A stretch of DNA of 57,177 nucleotides from a virus. Its lineage: Duplodnaviria > Caudoviricetes. Positions within the stretch are counted from its first letter, which is position 1. Each line of letters opens with the position of its first letter. Shown here piece by piece: positions 8,169 to 17,693 of the stretch. Position numbers and translations under genes: made by a program. The stretch is from positions 1-57,177 of the IMG/VR virus record IMGVR_UViG_3300020442_001429. One strand, given 5' to 3'. Under the pieces are notes generated by a model. It did not search any database. It was not told the DNA's origin and saw only the letters and a list, made by a program, of their open reading frames with translations.

Positions 8169-9649
8169 TTTCCATCCTGTTCATTATGTATTATTGTAGG
8201 ATTTAACTTTAACAAATTATTAAAGTATCCTTTATAAAAATCATTTGTAAAAATAGTTTCTAAATCATTATTTACGATACTATTTTTCTCCCAATCATAT
8301 AATAATTCTGTTTTATGTTCTGGACTTTTATATGATGTCGTTATATTTAGTGCAACCGTTTTGCATGGGAAAACCTGTCCCTCTGCACTTAGATAAAATG
8401 AATTATTAACTTTACCTTCGCACATAATATGTGGTGCAAATTTAATTTTCCTTTCTCTATATATGTCGTCCTTTTTTCTTGTTTTTAAAGTTTCAAGTTC
8501 TATAAGTTTATAATCAGGCATTTCCTGTTTTATTTTCTTCTTAACAGTTTTCTTTTCCTCAGGTACTTCGTTATTATAAACAAAACCTGTGAACATATAT
8601 TGTTTGCAAAGTTTCTTTGCTTTTTGTATATCATTGTCCAATTGATTTGTATGTGTATATGCCCAGAATACTCTTACACCTGAGTCTAGTAATACTTTAG
8701 CATTTTGTAATACCTTTTTATCTGGATTGCCTGTGTTTATATTAAAGGTTATATTACCCAACTCCTTAAATAATGTTGCAGTATTTTTCCACCAGACTTC
8801 ATCGTGTGATATACCTTGTGTATCTAAGTCCACACTAATGACCCATTCTTTTACAAAGTAGTGAACAATGTCTACAAAGTCTGGATTATCTGTTGCATCT
8901 CCGTTTAGTCCTTTTAATTTTATTCTTTTTAGTTTTGCCTTTAGTAAAAAGTCTGGATTGAAAGACTCCTTTACTTGTTCATACGATAAGTTATTGTCTC
9001 CATCAGATAATTCTATTTCAACCTTTTGTGGAAGATACGGATAAAGGTCCGTTTCTTTATTGTACATGGCAATTTGATGTTCAGGAGTGTAATCGTCGTA
9101 CCAATGAGGCAATGCGACGACCTCCCCTTCTAATTTTTCTGGATACGTTGCTGTGGTATCTTGTAAAAAGGGTAAAGTTCCTTCTTCGATTAAAAACTTT
9201 TCATGGAACGCATCAAAGTTATATAGTAGGTCATCTTCATTTTCTTCCCACTCCTTTAATATACTTTCTATTTTATTATTACGGTAAATAAAGTAACAAA
9301 GATTACCGTCCTGAAGTCGAACCTTCTTGTTGGCCTTATAAGTCTCTATGTCCTTTATAGAGTTTAATAATATATTAGGAGTTACAAACAAACAACGGTT
9401 ATTAGAATGCGTGTGTTGCATTATATCTATTTCTAACCAATCTAATCCATACTTAGGTACATGAAAGTTTATTCCATCTAAATAACCATCTTTCTTTTTG
9501 GATGATTCAAGCAGATCCATTTCTTCCTTTTGTACAAAGACAATAAAGTCAAAAGGATCCTCAATCAGTTTCTTCGCCTGAGTATAAAAAGCGTTTATCT
9601 GTGTTTGGCTATAATTGTTATCTAGCTGATTTGCTATAAGTGTTACCAT
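8162..9649 (-). CDS. fusion of a degenerate GT-like N-terminus and a degenerate radical SAM/SPASM-like C-terminus
   Basis: N-terminus echoes the neighbouring GTs but has no DxD; C-half GD..NPDF..I, DTQG..WW and C..YLSAEGQVFPC resemble radical SAM/SPASM but there is no CxxxCxxC. Confidence 0.5.
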   Translation of the reverse strand: MVTLIANQLDNNYSQTQINAFYTQAKKLIEDPFDFIVFVQKEEMDLLESSKKKDGYLDGINFHVPKYGLDWLEIDIMQHTHSNNRCLFVTPNILLNSIKDIETYKANKKVRLQDGNLCYFIYRNNKIESILKEWEENEDDLLYNFDAFHEKFLIEEGTLPFLQDTTATYPEKLEGEVVALPHWYDDYTPEHQIAMYNKETDLYPYLPQKVEIELSDGDNNLSYEQVKESFNPDFLLKAKLKRIKLKGLNGDATDNPDFVDIVHYFVKEWVISVDLDTQGISHDEVWWKNTATLFKELGNITFNINTGNPDKKVLQNAKVLLDSGVRVFWAYTHTNQLDNDIQKAKKLCKQYMFTGFVYNNEVPEEKKTVKKKIKQEMPDYKLIELETLKTRKKDDIYRERKIKFAPHIMCEGKVNNSFYLSAEGQVFPCKTVALNITTSYKSPEHKTELLYDWEKNSIVNNDLETIFTNDFYKGYFNNLLKLNPTIIHNEQDGKC

Positions 9650-10391
9650 GCCAAAGTCTCAAAAGTTTCTCATCTTGTAATTCATCTATTTTTATTTGTC
9701 CCTCATTGTTGGGTGTCATATCAACATTGAAAAGACAAAACTTACATTCTTCTCTATATTTATGTGCCTCCAAATCATGAGGATGTGACTTTCCTCGGTT
9801 ATAACTATACACCCAATCTAAGGGTATGTTATTCCAAAAGTCTTTTTGTCTCCAAAAGTGATAGTTATCTGTACCTTTATAAAAAGTTCTAAATATTAAT
9901 TGTTCTTCTTGCATTGCGTCCCAGAAAATATGTTCACATTGATCTCTATTCCAGCACATCACACTAGAATTATAATATGTGCCTCTAATATCTATGAAAC
10001 GCCTATTGTGTATATGTTTAGGATTGTCCCATTCTACATTTATGATTCTAGGTTTTAATGATAGTTCATATAAGTCTGAAATATCATTTTGTATAATTAC
10101 ATCTAAATCAAAGTAACACCAATGTCCATCGTAACCTAAAAAGTTATGTGAGTTGAATACTAAAAACTTAGCTCTATCCCAACAATAATTTTCTTTACCA
10201 AACCAATACTTAGGATGTAATGGTTCAACGTCGGGAATAGGTTTTGTATCACAGTTTAATCCTATAGGATCGTCGGTGTAACAAGTAAAGGTAAAATTAT
10301 GCTTGTAGTTCTCCTGTACCATACGATACAGATTGTTTACATAATGTGGTCCGTATTTAGTGCCCCACTTGATGCAGACAAAGTTCATCAT
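9618..10391 (-). CDS. GT-A glycosyltransferase, KWG-x-KY family
   Basis: CIKWGTKYG, FTCYTDD, YFDLDV, NSSVMCW, GTDNY, YSYNRG. Confidence 0.75.
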   Translation of the reverse strand: MMNFVCIKWGTKYGPHYVNNLYRMVQENYKHNFTFTCYTDDPIGLNCDTKPIPDVEPLHPKYWFGKENYCWDRAKFLVFNSHNFLGYDGHWCYFDLDVIIQNDISDLYELSLKPRIINVEWDNPKHIHNRRFIDIRGTYYNSSVMCWNRDQCEHIFWDAMQEEQLIFRTFYKGTDNYHFWRQKDFWNNIPLDWVYSYNRGKSHPHDLEAHKYREECKFCLFNVDMTPNNEGQIKIDELQDEKLLRLWHGNTYSKSAR

Positions 10392-11028
10392 ATTCTTTTG
10401 CAATCTCCGGGTATTGATCCTGTCCGTTTAAAAGACAAATTGTTTTATCTTGATATGTTCTACCGTCAAACATATATGAGTATATCTCCTCTCTTGGGAA
10501 ATGTTCAAATGTAAATCCTTCATGATATAAAAATGTATCATCTCCGAAAGGATATTGTAAATGATATTTATGAGCGTTCATAGCATACTTCTTCCAAATA
10601 TGTGTGGCGTCTTTCCATGCCATAACACTAGAATTAAAATTAGATAGCGGTCCTTTTTTACTATGATATGGGAATTCATGTATATTAATACCTTCTTTCT
10701 CACCTCGTTCTTTCCAATAAGTGTAACATATTACAGGATTATGAGTACAATAATCAAACAAATGGTCTATAGGTTTTTGGATTCTTACGTCTAAATCTAA
10801 ATAAAGTATTGTTTCTCCCTCATTTGCTTTGATTTGGAATAGTTTTAACTTTTCCATATTGCCAGCAGGCTCGTGTTCTATGTTAAGAATGCCTATATCG
10901 GGATGCAAATCGGTGGGGTCATCAGTAACGCAGATGTAATTGAACTTACCCTCGGTGTGTTCGTATATCGCATTTACATCATTTGCACTGTATTTAGTGC
11001 CATATTTTAATGTCAAAATAGTTTTCAT
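10357..11028 (-). CDS. GT-A glycosyltransferase, KWG-x-KY family
   Basis: LKYGTKYS, ICVTDD, KLKLF, YLDLDV, NSSVMAW, GDD, YSY. Confidence 0.75.
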   Translation of the reverse strand: MKTILTLKYGTKYSANDVNAIYEHTEGKFNYICVTDDPTDLHPDIGILNIEHEPAGNMEKLKLFQIKANEGETILYLDLDVRIQKPIDHLFDYCTHNPVICYTYWKERGEKEGINIHEFPYHSKKGPLSNFNSSVMAWKDATHIWKKYAMNAHKYHLQYPFGDDTFLYHEGFTFEHFPREEIYSYMFDGRTYQDKTICLLNGQDQYPEIAKEYDELCLHQVGH

Positions 11029-11041
11029 ATCAATATCATTT

Positions 11042-11053
11042 TATTTATAAATA
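11042..11053. promoter_or_regulatory. overlapping divergent late promoters
   Basis: Palindrome TATTTATAAATA reads TATAAATA on + (11046-11053) and on - (11049-11042), between divergent operons. Confidence 0.75.
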
Positions 11054-11081
11054 AGATACATAAGAGAAAATAGAGGTATAG

Positions 11082-11408
11082 ATGGCTACTGTACAGAATA
11101 TAGTTATAGATCAGGGAACGACGTTTAGTCTCGATATTACGCTGACTAATGCGGACGGAACTGCTAAGGACTTAACTTCTTACACGCCAACTAGCCAACT
11201 GCGTAAACATTACTCCAGCACAACAGCAACCGACTTTACAGTAGCCAAGGTTGACAATACAGGAGAAATTACGCTGTCTCTATCGGCAACACAAACTGCT
11301 GGACTTAAAGAAGGCAGATATGTGTACGATGTCGAAATAGCAAGCTCATCTGAAACATTAAGAGTTTTAGAAGGGCTAGTAACAGTAACGCCAAACGTAA
11401 CGAGGTAA
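11082..11408 (+). CDS. small beta-sandwich virion structural protein (baseplate- or fibre-associated)
   Basis: IDQGTTF...GRYVYDV...RVLEG.VTVTP pattern common in marine T4-like phages. Confidence 0.65.
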   Translation: MATVQNIVIDQGTTFSLDITLTNADGTAKDLTSYTPTSQLRKHYSSTTATDFTVAKVDNTGEITLSLSATQTAGLKEGRYVYDVEIASSSETLRVLEGLVTVTPNVTR

Positions 11409-11412
11409 GTAA

Positions 11413-11643
11413 ATGGGAGTAAAAGTAACAGTAGGAACTAGCGCCAATAGGGTAGTAACTTCAACGACTTCGCAATCCCGTACTCAAACATCTACAACAC
11501 TAGATGGATTAGAAGGAGTAGATACTACTGGCGTGCAAAACGGTTACACATTAGTTTATGACAGCACTAACGGTAAATGGGAAGCGGCTCCGGCCAGTAA
11601 TCTTTCTGTAAACGTTACTGCAATTGATGGTGGAACATTTTAG
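11413..11643 (+). CDS. small fibre-associated protein ending IDGGTF
   Basis: LVYDSTNGKW fibre-type motif; C-terminal IDGGTF. Confidence 0.65.
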   Translation: MGVKVTVGTSANRVVTSTTSQSRTQTSTTLDGLEGVDTTGVQNGYTLVYDSTNGKWEAAPASNLSVNVTAIDGGTF

Positions 11644-11678
11644 TATAAAATTGACCAATATTCAATAGGAGAAAATAA

Positions 11679-12995
11679 ATGGCAACAACTATTCAGATAA
11701 AAAGAAGTACTGGATCAACAGCTCCAGGTACTTCCGATTTAGTTGAAGGCGAATTAGCGTATGCTGAGGATCGTACTGGAGACGGTGCGTCCGCCAAGTT
11801 ATACATCTCATCTATAGATAGTGGCGGTAACGAGGTTATTCAAGAGATTGGTGGTAAATATTACACTGATTTATTGGATAACGCTACTAATGCTAATACA
11901 GCATCAACAATCGTAAAAAGAGACGGCAGTGGTAATTTTTCCGCAGGCACAATATCTTACGGTTCACTTAGCGACGGTACTATTACAGTAACCGCGTTCG
12001 TTGATGAAGATAACATGGCTTCTGATAGTGCCACAATGGTACCTACTCAGCAGTCTGTTAAAGCATACGTAGACTCACAAGTCACAGCACAAGATGTTGA
12101 TGTAGCAGGTGACTCTGGAACAGGAGCAATTACTGATTCAGAAACCTTTACTATTGCAGGTGGTACAGGTATCACAACTGCAATGTCTGGCAATACACTT
12201 ACAGCGACATTGGATGATACAGCAGTTACAGCAGGATCATATGGTTCTACAACAGCTGTTCCTATCTTAACTATTGACGCACAGGGACGTATTACAGCAG
12301 CTTCTACAGGAACAATTGCAACTTCATTTACAGTTGCAGCGGACTCAGGTTCAGACGATGTAGTCGCAGGTGGTGAAACACTAACATTCGCTGGTACAGC
12401 TAACGAAATCGAAACAACGGTTTCAAACAATCAGATACAAATTGGATTACCTAGTAACGTAACAGTTGGAAACAACCTTACAGTTTCAGGTAACTTAACT
12501 GTATCAGGAACAACTACAACAGTTGATTCCACAACATTATCCGTAGCAGATCCGCTAATTTCATTAGCGACAGGAAACAATTCAACTGACGCAGTTGACA
12601 TTGGTTTGTTCGGATTGTACGACACTTCAGGATCACAAGACTTGTATGCAGGTTTCTTTAGAGACGCATCAGATTCTGGTAAGTGGAAACTATTTAAAGA
12701 CTTACAAGCAGCTCCAACAACCACAGTTAATACAAGTGGAACAGGTTATGCAGTAGGTACTTTGGTAGCCAACATTGAAGGTAGTGTATCAGGCGGTACT
12801 GTATCTGGCTTGTCATCAGACATAGCAGTAGCAGACGGTGGTACAGGAGCAGGTACGTTTACAAGTAATGGTATCCTTTACGGTAACGGAACAGGTGCTC
12901 TTCAAGTAACAGCAGCAGGTTCTGAAGGACAAGTTCTTCAAGCAGGCTCAGGTGGTACTCCAGAATTCGGCGGAATTGACGGAGGTACATACTAA
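11679..12995 (+). CDS. tail or collar fibre protein
   Basis: N-terminal IQIKRS..GELA (Mtd_N-like); G/T/S-rich; VADGGTG; ends IDGGTY. Confidence 0.75.
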   Translation: MATTIQIKRSTGSTAPGTSDLVEGELAYAEDRTGDGASAKLYISSIDSGGNEVIQEIGGKYYTDLLDNATNANTASTIVKRDGSGNFSAGTISYGSLSDGTITVTAFVDEDNMASDSATMVPTQQSVKAYVDSQVTAQDVDVAGDSGTGAITDSETFTIAGGTGITTAMSGNTLTATLDDTAVTAGSYGSTTAVPILTIDAQGRITAASTGTIATSFTVAADSGSDDVVAGGETLTFAGTANEIETTVSNNQIQIGLPSNVTVGNNLTVSGNLTVSGTTTTVDSTTLSVADPLISLATGNNSTDAVDIGLFGLYDTSGSQDLYAGFFRDASDSGKWKLFKDLQAAPTTTVNTSGTGYAVGTLVANIEGSVSGGTVSGLSSDIAVADGGTGAGTFTSNGILYGNGTGALQVTAAGSEGQVLQAGSGGTPEFGGIDGGTY

Positions 12996-13016
12996 TTTAT
13001 TGTAAGGTAACGTGAA

Positions 13017-13361
13017 ATGGATGAAAAATTAATTAATGAATATATTAACAATCTTGTTTTACAGGTTAATACTGTAACTCAAGAATCTATAGTATTGAAA
13101 ACTAGATTACAGGTAATGGAAAAGGAAAAGAATAGATTGGCAGAGACTAATAAGGATTTAGCAGAAGAACTCGACGCTCTAAAGTTTCAACAACAAGAGG
13201 AAGAGAAAGAAAATAAACCTGAAATAGAAAATGTCATAGAGGAAGAACCAAAGGTAGAGAAAAAAATTCCTAAATATGTTAGGGAACCTAAACCTAAAGG
13301 TTATAATCCGAAAGTGGATGGTCCTCGTAAACTTATGCCTAATCCAGAATTTACAAATTAA
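13017..13361 (+). CDS. hypothetical coiled-coil protein (possible fibre chaperone)
   Basis: 114 aa with a heptad-rich charged N-half, inside the fibre cluster. Confidence 0.65.
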   Translation: MDEKLINEYINNLVLQVNTVTQESIVLKTRLQVMEKEKNRLAETNKDLAEELDALKFQQQEEEKENKPEIENVIEEEPKVEKKIPKYVREPKPKGYNPKVDGPRKLMPNPEFTN

Positions 13362-13378
13362 ATCAGAGGAGCAATTAA

Positions 13379-13699
13379 ATGGCAACAGTAATTAAACTCA
13401 AGAAGTCAGAAACAGCGAGTAGCGTACCTACTACATCTGACATCGTTGTAGGTGAAGTTGCTATTAACACAGCCGATCAAATAATGTATGTCAGAAATTC
13501 AACTGACTCTATTGTTAAGGTTGCAAACTTTACTGAAAAGGATCAATCGTTGGTGTTCCCAACAGGCGATTACGGTTCAGTAGCGTCAGCACTTTCAACA
13601 GATGCATTTGGGCAATATTTAGATCAAATATATGATTTGAATACTGCTATAAAATATAGGCTAGCGACTGAAGATTTAGGTTCAGATAGTTCAATATAG
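13379..13699 (+). CDS. small fibre-associated protein with Mtd_N-like domain
   Basis: IKLKKS..GEVAINT; DYGS and DLGS motifs near the C-terminus. Confidence 0.65.
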   Translation: MATVIKLKKSETASSVPTTSDIVVGEVAINTADQIMYVRNSTDSIVKVANFTEKDQSLVFPTGDYGSVASALSTDAFGQYLDQIYDLNTAIKYRLATEDLGSDSSI

Positions 13700-13708
13700 G
13701 AGACGACA

Positions 13709-13963
13709 ATGGCAGTAACAGTACAATTTAGAAGAGGCACAGCAACACAAAACAATGCCTTTACAGGTGCAGTTGGTGAATTGTCGGTCAATACTACCAA
13801 CAATACAATTAGAGTACACGACGGCAGTACACAAGGTGGACATGAGCTTATGAAAGCTGATGCCACAAACATTGATGGTAATATAGCATCTAGCCGTATT
13901 ACTGGAACAATAGTAGCAGATTCCATGGAAGATGGATCTAGCATAGACGGTGGAACTTTTTAG
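13709..13963 (+). CDS. small Mtd_N-like fibre protein ending IDGGTF
   Basis: VQFRRGT..FTGAVGEL..VHDGSTQGG; C-terminal IDGGTF. Confidence 0.7.
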   Translation: MAVTVQFRRGTATQNNAFTGAVGELSVNTTNNTIRVHDGSTQGGHELMKADATNIDGNIASSRITGTIVADSMEDGSSIDGGTF

Positions 13964-13974
13964 AGGAGAAATAA

Positions 13975-14967
13975 ATGCCAACACAAGTACAATTTAGACG
14001 TGGTACAACCACTCAAAATAATAACTTTACAGGTGCTGTTGGAGAGATTTCAATTGATACAGATCTAGATACCATCCGCGTCCATGATGGTAGCACTGCT
14101 GGTGGGATTAGACTCGCCAAATATTCTGAGATTACATCAGGGGATATTACAGGTGTTACAGCAGGAACAGGCCTCTCAGGAGGTGGTTCGTCAGGTGACG
14201 TAACTGTCAATTTATCACATTTAGGATTGGAAAGTTTATCCGATCCTGACGCAGATAGATTATTCATGTGGGACGATAGTGCAGGCGCAGCAGCATTTGT
14301 TGCTGTAGGTACTGGTATTAATTTATCAGGAACTAGCATGACTATCGGCCAATCAGTTGGTACATCAGATAACGTACAATTTCAGAACCTAGTTCTCTCA
14401 GGAGACTTAACGGTTAATGGAACAACAACATCCGTAAATACAACAAATACGAACGTTACTGACGCATTACTAGAATTAGGAAACGGAACAACCGGTTCAC
14501 CCAGCAATGATGCTGGTATTGTAATAGAAAGAGGAGACTCAAACAACGCATTCATAGGATTTGATGAAAGTGCAGACAAGTTTATTGTAGGTACTGGAAC
14601 ATTTACAGGTGCAAGTACAGGTAATCTTTCAATTACAACAGGAACCCTTGTAGCGAACCTAGAAGGTGATGTAACAGGTGACGTTACAGGTAACGCAGAC
14701 ACGGCGACTACGTTAGCTACAGCAAGAACAATCTCATTAGGTGGGGACCTTAGTGGTTCAGCATCATTTAATGGGTCAGCCGATATAACTATAAGTGCAA
14801 CAATAGCAGCTAATAGCGTTGCACTAGGTACGGACACAACAGGTAATTATGTTGCAAGTCTAGTAGCAGGAACAGGTATTACACTTGCCAACAATAGTGG
14901 CGAGAACGCAACACCTACTATTACAGGATTAGCAGTATATGATTCTTCAGGGTCTTTACTTAACTAA
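13975..14967 (+). CDS. tail or collar fibre protein
   Basis: VQFRRGT..FTGAVGEI..VHDGSTAGG N-terminus; GNADTAT.L..ARTI fibre motif. Confidence 0.75.
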   Translation: MPTQVQFRRGTTTQNNNFTGAVGEISIDTDLDTIRVHDGSTAGGIRLAKYSEITSGDITGVTAGTGLSGGGSSGDVTVNLSHLGLESLSDPDADRLFMWDDSAGAAAFVAVGTGINLSGTSMTIGQSVGTSDNVQFQNLVLSGDLTVNGTTTSVNTTNTNVTDALLELGNGTTGSPSNDAGIVIERGDSNNAFIGFDESADKFIVGTGTFTGASTGNLSITTGTLVANLEGDVTGDVTGNADTATTLATARTISLGGDLSGSASFNGSADITISATIAANSVALGTDTTGNYVASLVAGTGITLANNSGENATPTITGLAVYDSSGSLLN

Positions 14968-14977
14968 GGAATGAATT

Positions 14978-15955
14978 ATGGCATTAGCGAGTAGACAAGA
15001 TTTACAGGACTACGCACTGCGTAGATTAGGACACCCTGTAATAGAAATAAATGTTGATGAAGGTCAACTCTCAGATCGTATGGACGATGCTCTACAGTTT
15101 TTTCAAGAGTATCACTTCGATGGTGTAGAAAAGACTTATGTTAAACATGAGATAACAGGATCTCAGTTAAAACTAACTGCAAATCTTGCTACAAACTTTA
15201 CCAAAGGTGAAACAATCACAGGCGGAACGTCCGGTGCAACTGCAATAGTCGACGGTGCAGATTCCACGGGACAGTTCATATTAATCGAGCAGGTTAAATC
15301 CGGCACGTTCCAAGCCTCTGAGCAACTTACAGGTTCAGACAGTGGCGCAACAGCAACATTAGGTGCCACTGATTTTTACACTAAAGGGGATATAGAAAAC
15401 GGATATATTCCTATCACCGACCAAATATTAGGTATTACAAGATTATTTAATTTTGGTGGGGCAGCAACAAACAATACAAGAGACGGACAACTATTTGATC
15501 TAATGTATCAATTTAGAATGAACGACTTGTATAACTTAATGGGCGCAGATATGATATACTATTCTGTGGTCCAATCTCACTTAACAACGTTAGAAAAACT
15601 TCTAACAGGTGATAGACAAATTAGATTCAATAGAAAAACTAATAAACTTCATGTAGATACAGATTGGGATAAGACATTTAATGTAGGAGATTATATTGTA
15701 GCAGAAGCATACGCTATTGTAGATCCTGCAACATACGCAGAAGTGTATGATGATATGTTTCTTAAAAAATATGTAACTGCATTATTTAAAAGACAATGGG
15801 GCGAGAACTTGAAAAAATTCCAAGGTATTCAAATGCCAGGTGGGGTAACTTTAAATGGAGAAAGTATATATCAAGAAGCCGTACAGGAGATACAGCAAAT
15901 CGAACAAGAAATGCAACTCAAATACGAACTTCCGCCCTCATTTATGATAGGGTAG
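14978..15955 (+). CDS. gp13: neck protein gp13
   Basis: YALRRLGHPVIEINV, QWGENLKKF.G..MPGGVTLNG; T4 synteny. Confidence 0.93.
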   Translation: MALASRQDLQDYALRRLGHPVIEINVDEGQLSDRMDDALQFFQEYHFDGVEKTYVKHEITGSQLKLTANLATNFTKGETITGGTSGATAIVDGADSTGQFILIEQVKSGTFQASEQLTGSDSGATATLGATDFYTKGDIENGYIPITDQILGITRLFNFGGAATNNTRDGQLFDLMYQFRMNDLYNLMGADMIYYSVVQSHLTTLEKLLTGDRQIRFNRKTNKLHVDTDWDKTFNVGDYIVAEAYAIVDPATYAEVYDDMFLKKYVTALFKRQWGENLKKFQGIQMPGGVTLNGESIYQEAVQEIQQIEQEMQLKYELPPSFMIG

Positions 15956-15959
15956 ATAG

Positions 15960-16703
15960 ATGCCAGTAAACAACTTTTTTCAAAATGGTAAAGGAGTAGG
16001 CTCACTAGGCGAACAGCGCTTGGTTGAGGACCTTGTCATTGAGAGTTTAAAAGTATATGGTCATGATATCTTTTACTTACCCAGAACAATAGTAAACAAA
16101 GACACAATATTTGATGAGGATGAACTATCAAGGTTTACACAAGCATATCCTCTAGAAATGTATATTGAAAATGTATCAGGCTTTGAAGGACAAGGCGATA
16201 TATTTGGTAGATTTGGTTTAGAAGTAAGAGACCAAGTAACATTTACATTGGCCAAACGTAGATGGGAAGACATGGTATTTACCCAAGACGGTACTTTTAC
16301 CCAAGAAGCTAGGCCTAGTGAAGGCGATTTATTGTATATGCCTTTAACTAAATCTCTGTTCGAGATTAAATATGTAGAATTTCAAAATCCATTCTTTCAA
16401 CTTAATAAAATTTATGTTTATAGGTTGGTATGTGAATTGTTCGAATACAGTTCAGAAGATTTGGATACAGGTATAGCAGAAGTAGATGCAATTGAAACTA
16501 AATACTCACAAGACTTATTAGAGTATCAATTCCAATTAGAGGACGACACTTTATTCTTATTAGAAGATGGTGGTTCTTTAATTAAAGAGGACTTCTCTAC
16601 AACAATAGAACCAATAGACAACACAGACTTTAGTAGTTTATTAACAGTCGAAGGAATATTAGACTTTAGTGAGAGTAATCCATTTGGAGAAATAGGCGGA
16701 TGA
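15960..16703 (+). CDS. gp14: neck protein gp14
   Basis: DLVIESLKVYG.D..YLPR, RPSEGDLLY, CELFEYS, DFSESNPFG. Confidence 0.93.
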   Translation: MPVNNFFQNGKGVGSLGEQRLVEDLVIESLKVYGHDIFYLPRTIVNKDTIFDEDELSRFTQAYPLEMYIENVSGFEGQGDIFGRFGLEVRDQVTFTLAKRRWEDMVFTQDGTFTQEARPSEGDLLYMPLTKSLFEIKYVEFQNPFFQLNKIYVYRLVCELFEYSSEDLDTGIAEVDAIETKYSQDLLEYQFQLEDDTLFLLEDGGSLIKEDFSTTIEPIDNTDFSSLLTVEGILDFSESNPFGEIGG

Positions 16704-16903
16704 AGATAGAACATTTAGAAAAAATAAATGCTAGTTATTTTAAGCATTTTAAATATTCTATATATTTAGGTTCTATATCATTACTTGTAGGAGTTATGAG
16801 TATTGTACACGCAATTATACCCTGGTGGTTTGTGGAAACGCCTTATAAATTAACTAAGTATCAAATAAAATTAGCAGAAGAGGCATTTGGTTTAGGAAAG
16901 TAA
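16700..16903 (+). CDS. small membrane protein (DUF6356-like)
   Basis: HL....SYFKHF...IVHAIIPW pattern. Confidence 0.6.
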   Translation: MKIEHLEKINASYFKHFKYSIYLGSISLLVGVMSIVHAIIPWWFVETPYKLTKYQIKLAEEAFGLGK

Positions 16904-16904
16904 T

Positions 16905-17693
16905 ATGTTTAAAGATACAACATTTTATCACAGTCATATAAGAAAAGCTATTATTGCCTTTGGAACTATATTCAACAACATAAACATTGAACGTAAAAAT
17001 AGTTCAGGTGCTGTTGCACAAACATTAAGAGTACCCTTAGCGTACTCTACTAAACAAAAATTTATGACAAGAATTAATCGTGTTCCTGATTCAACAACAA
17101 GAGGGGAAGTTGCAATGACACTTCCTAGAATGGGATTTGAAATTGATGGAATACAATATGATCCTACTAGAAAAACAACTGCCATACAAAAGAACAAAGC
17201 AGTTGGTGTAGGAGATGATACAAATACAGTTAGAACCGTATTTAATTCTACGCCATATAACATGAATTTATCGTTATATATATTTGCGAAGAATCAAGAA
17301 GACGGGCTACAAATTGTAGAACAAATTTTGCCTTATTTTAATCCTGACTTTAATGTAACAGTTAATGATTTACCAGAGTTAGGAATAAAAAGAGACATAA
17401 AAATAACATTAGATAACGTAACGTATGAAGATGATTATGAAGGAGACTTTGCTAGTAGGATAGCAATTATTTGGACACTTAATTTTAAGATGACACTTAA
17501 TTTCTATAGCAATGTTAATAATGTGGGAGTGATAAAGAAAGCTATTGCAGACGTATTTAACGATCCGGCAATGGCATTAGTTAGAACGAATACATCTAAC
17601 AGGGAACGACTTACTGTTTCCGTAAATCCAACCTCGGCTACACCTTCAGACGATTATACGTTCCTGGAGGAGTTTGATGCCGAATTCGAATAA
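16905..17693 (+). CDS. gp15: tail sheath stabilizer/terminator gp15
   Basis: FGTIFNNI, VPLAY, LPRMGFE, QIVEQILPYFNP. Confidence 0.93.
   Translation: MFKDTTFYHSHIRKAIIAFGTIFNNINIERKNSSGAVAQTLRVPLAYSTKQKFMTRINRVPDSTTRGEVAMTLPRMGFEIDGIQYDPTRKTTAIQKNKAVGVGDDTNTVRTVFNSTPYNMNLSLYIFAKNQEDGLQIVEQILPYFNPDFNVTVNDLPELGIKRDIKITLDNVTYEDDYEGDFASRIAIIWTLNFKMTLNFYSNVNNVGVIKKAIADVFNDPAMALVRTNTSNRERLTVSVNPTSATPSDDYTFLEEFDAEFE

Noticed and set aside
11679-14967. Diversity-generating retroelement suggested by the Mtd_N-like domains
   Set aside because: No reverse transcriptase and no TR/VR pair with adenine-specific differences was seen; only the N-terminal domain resembles Mtd.
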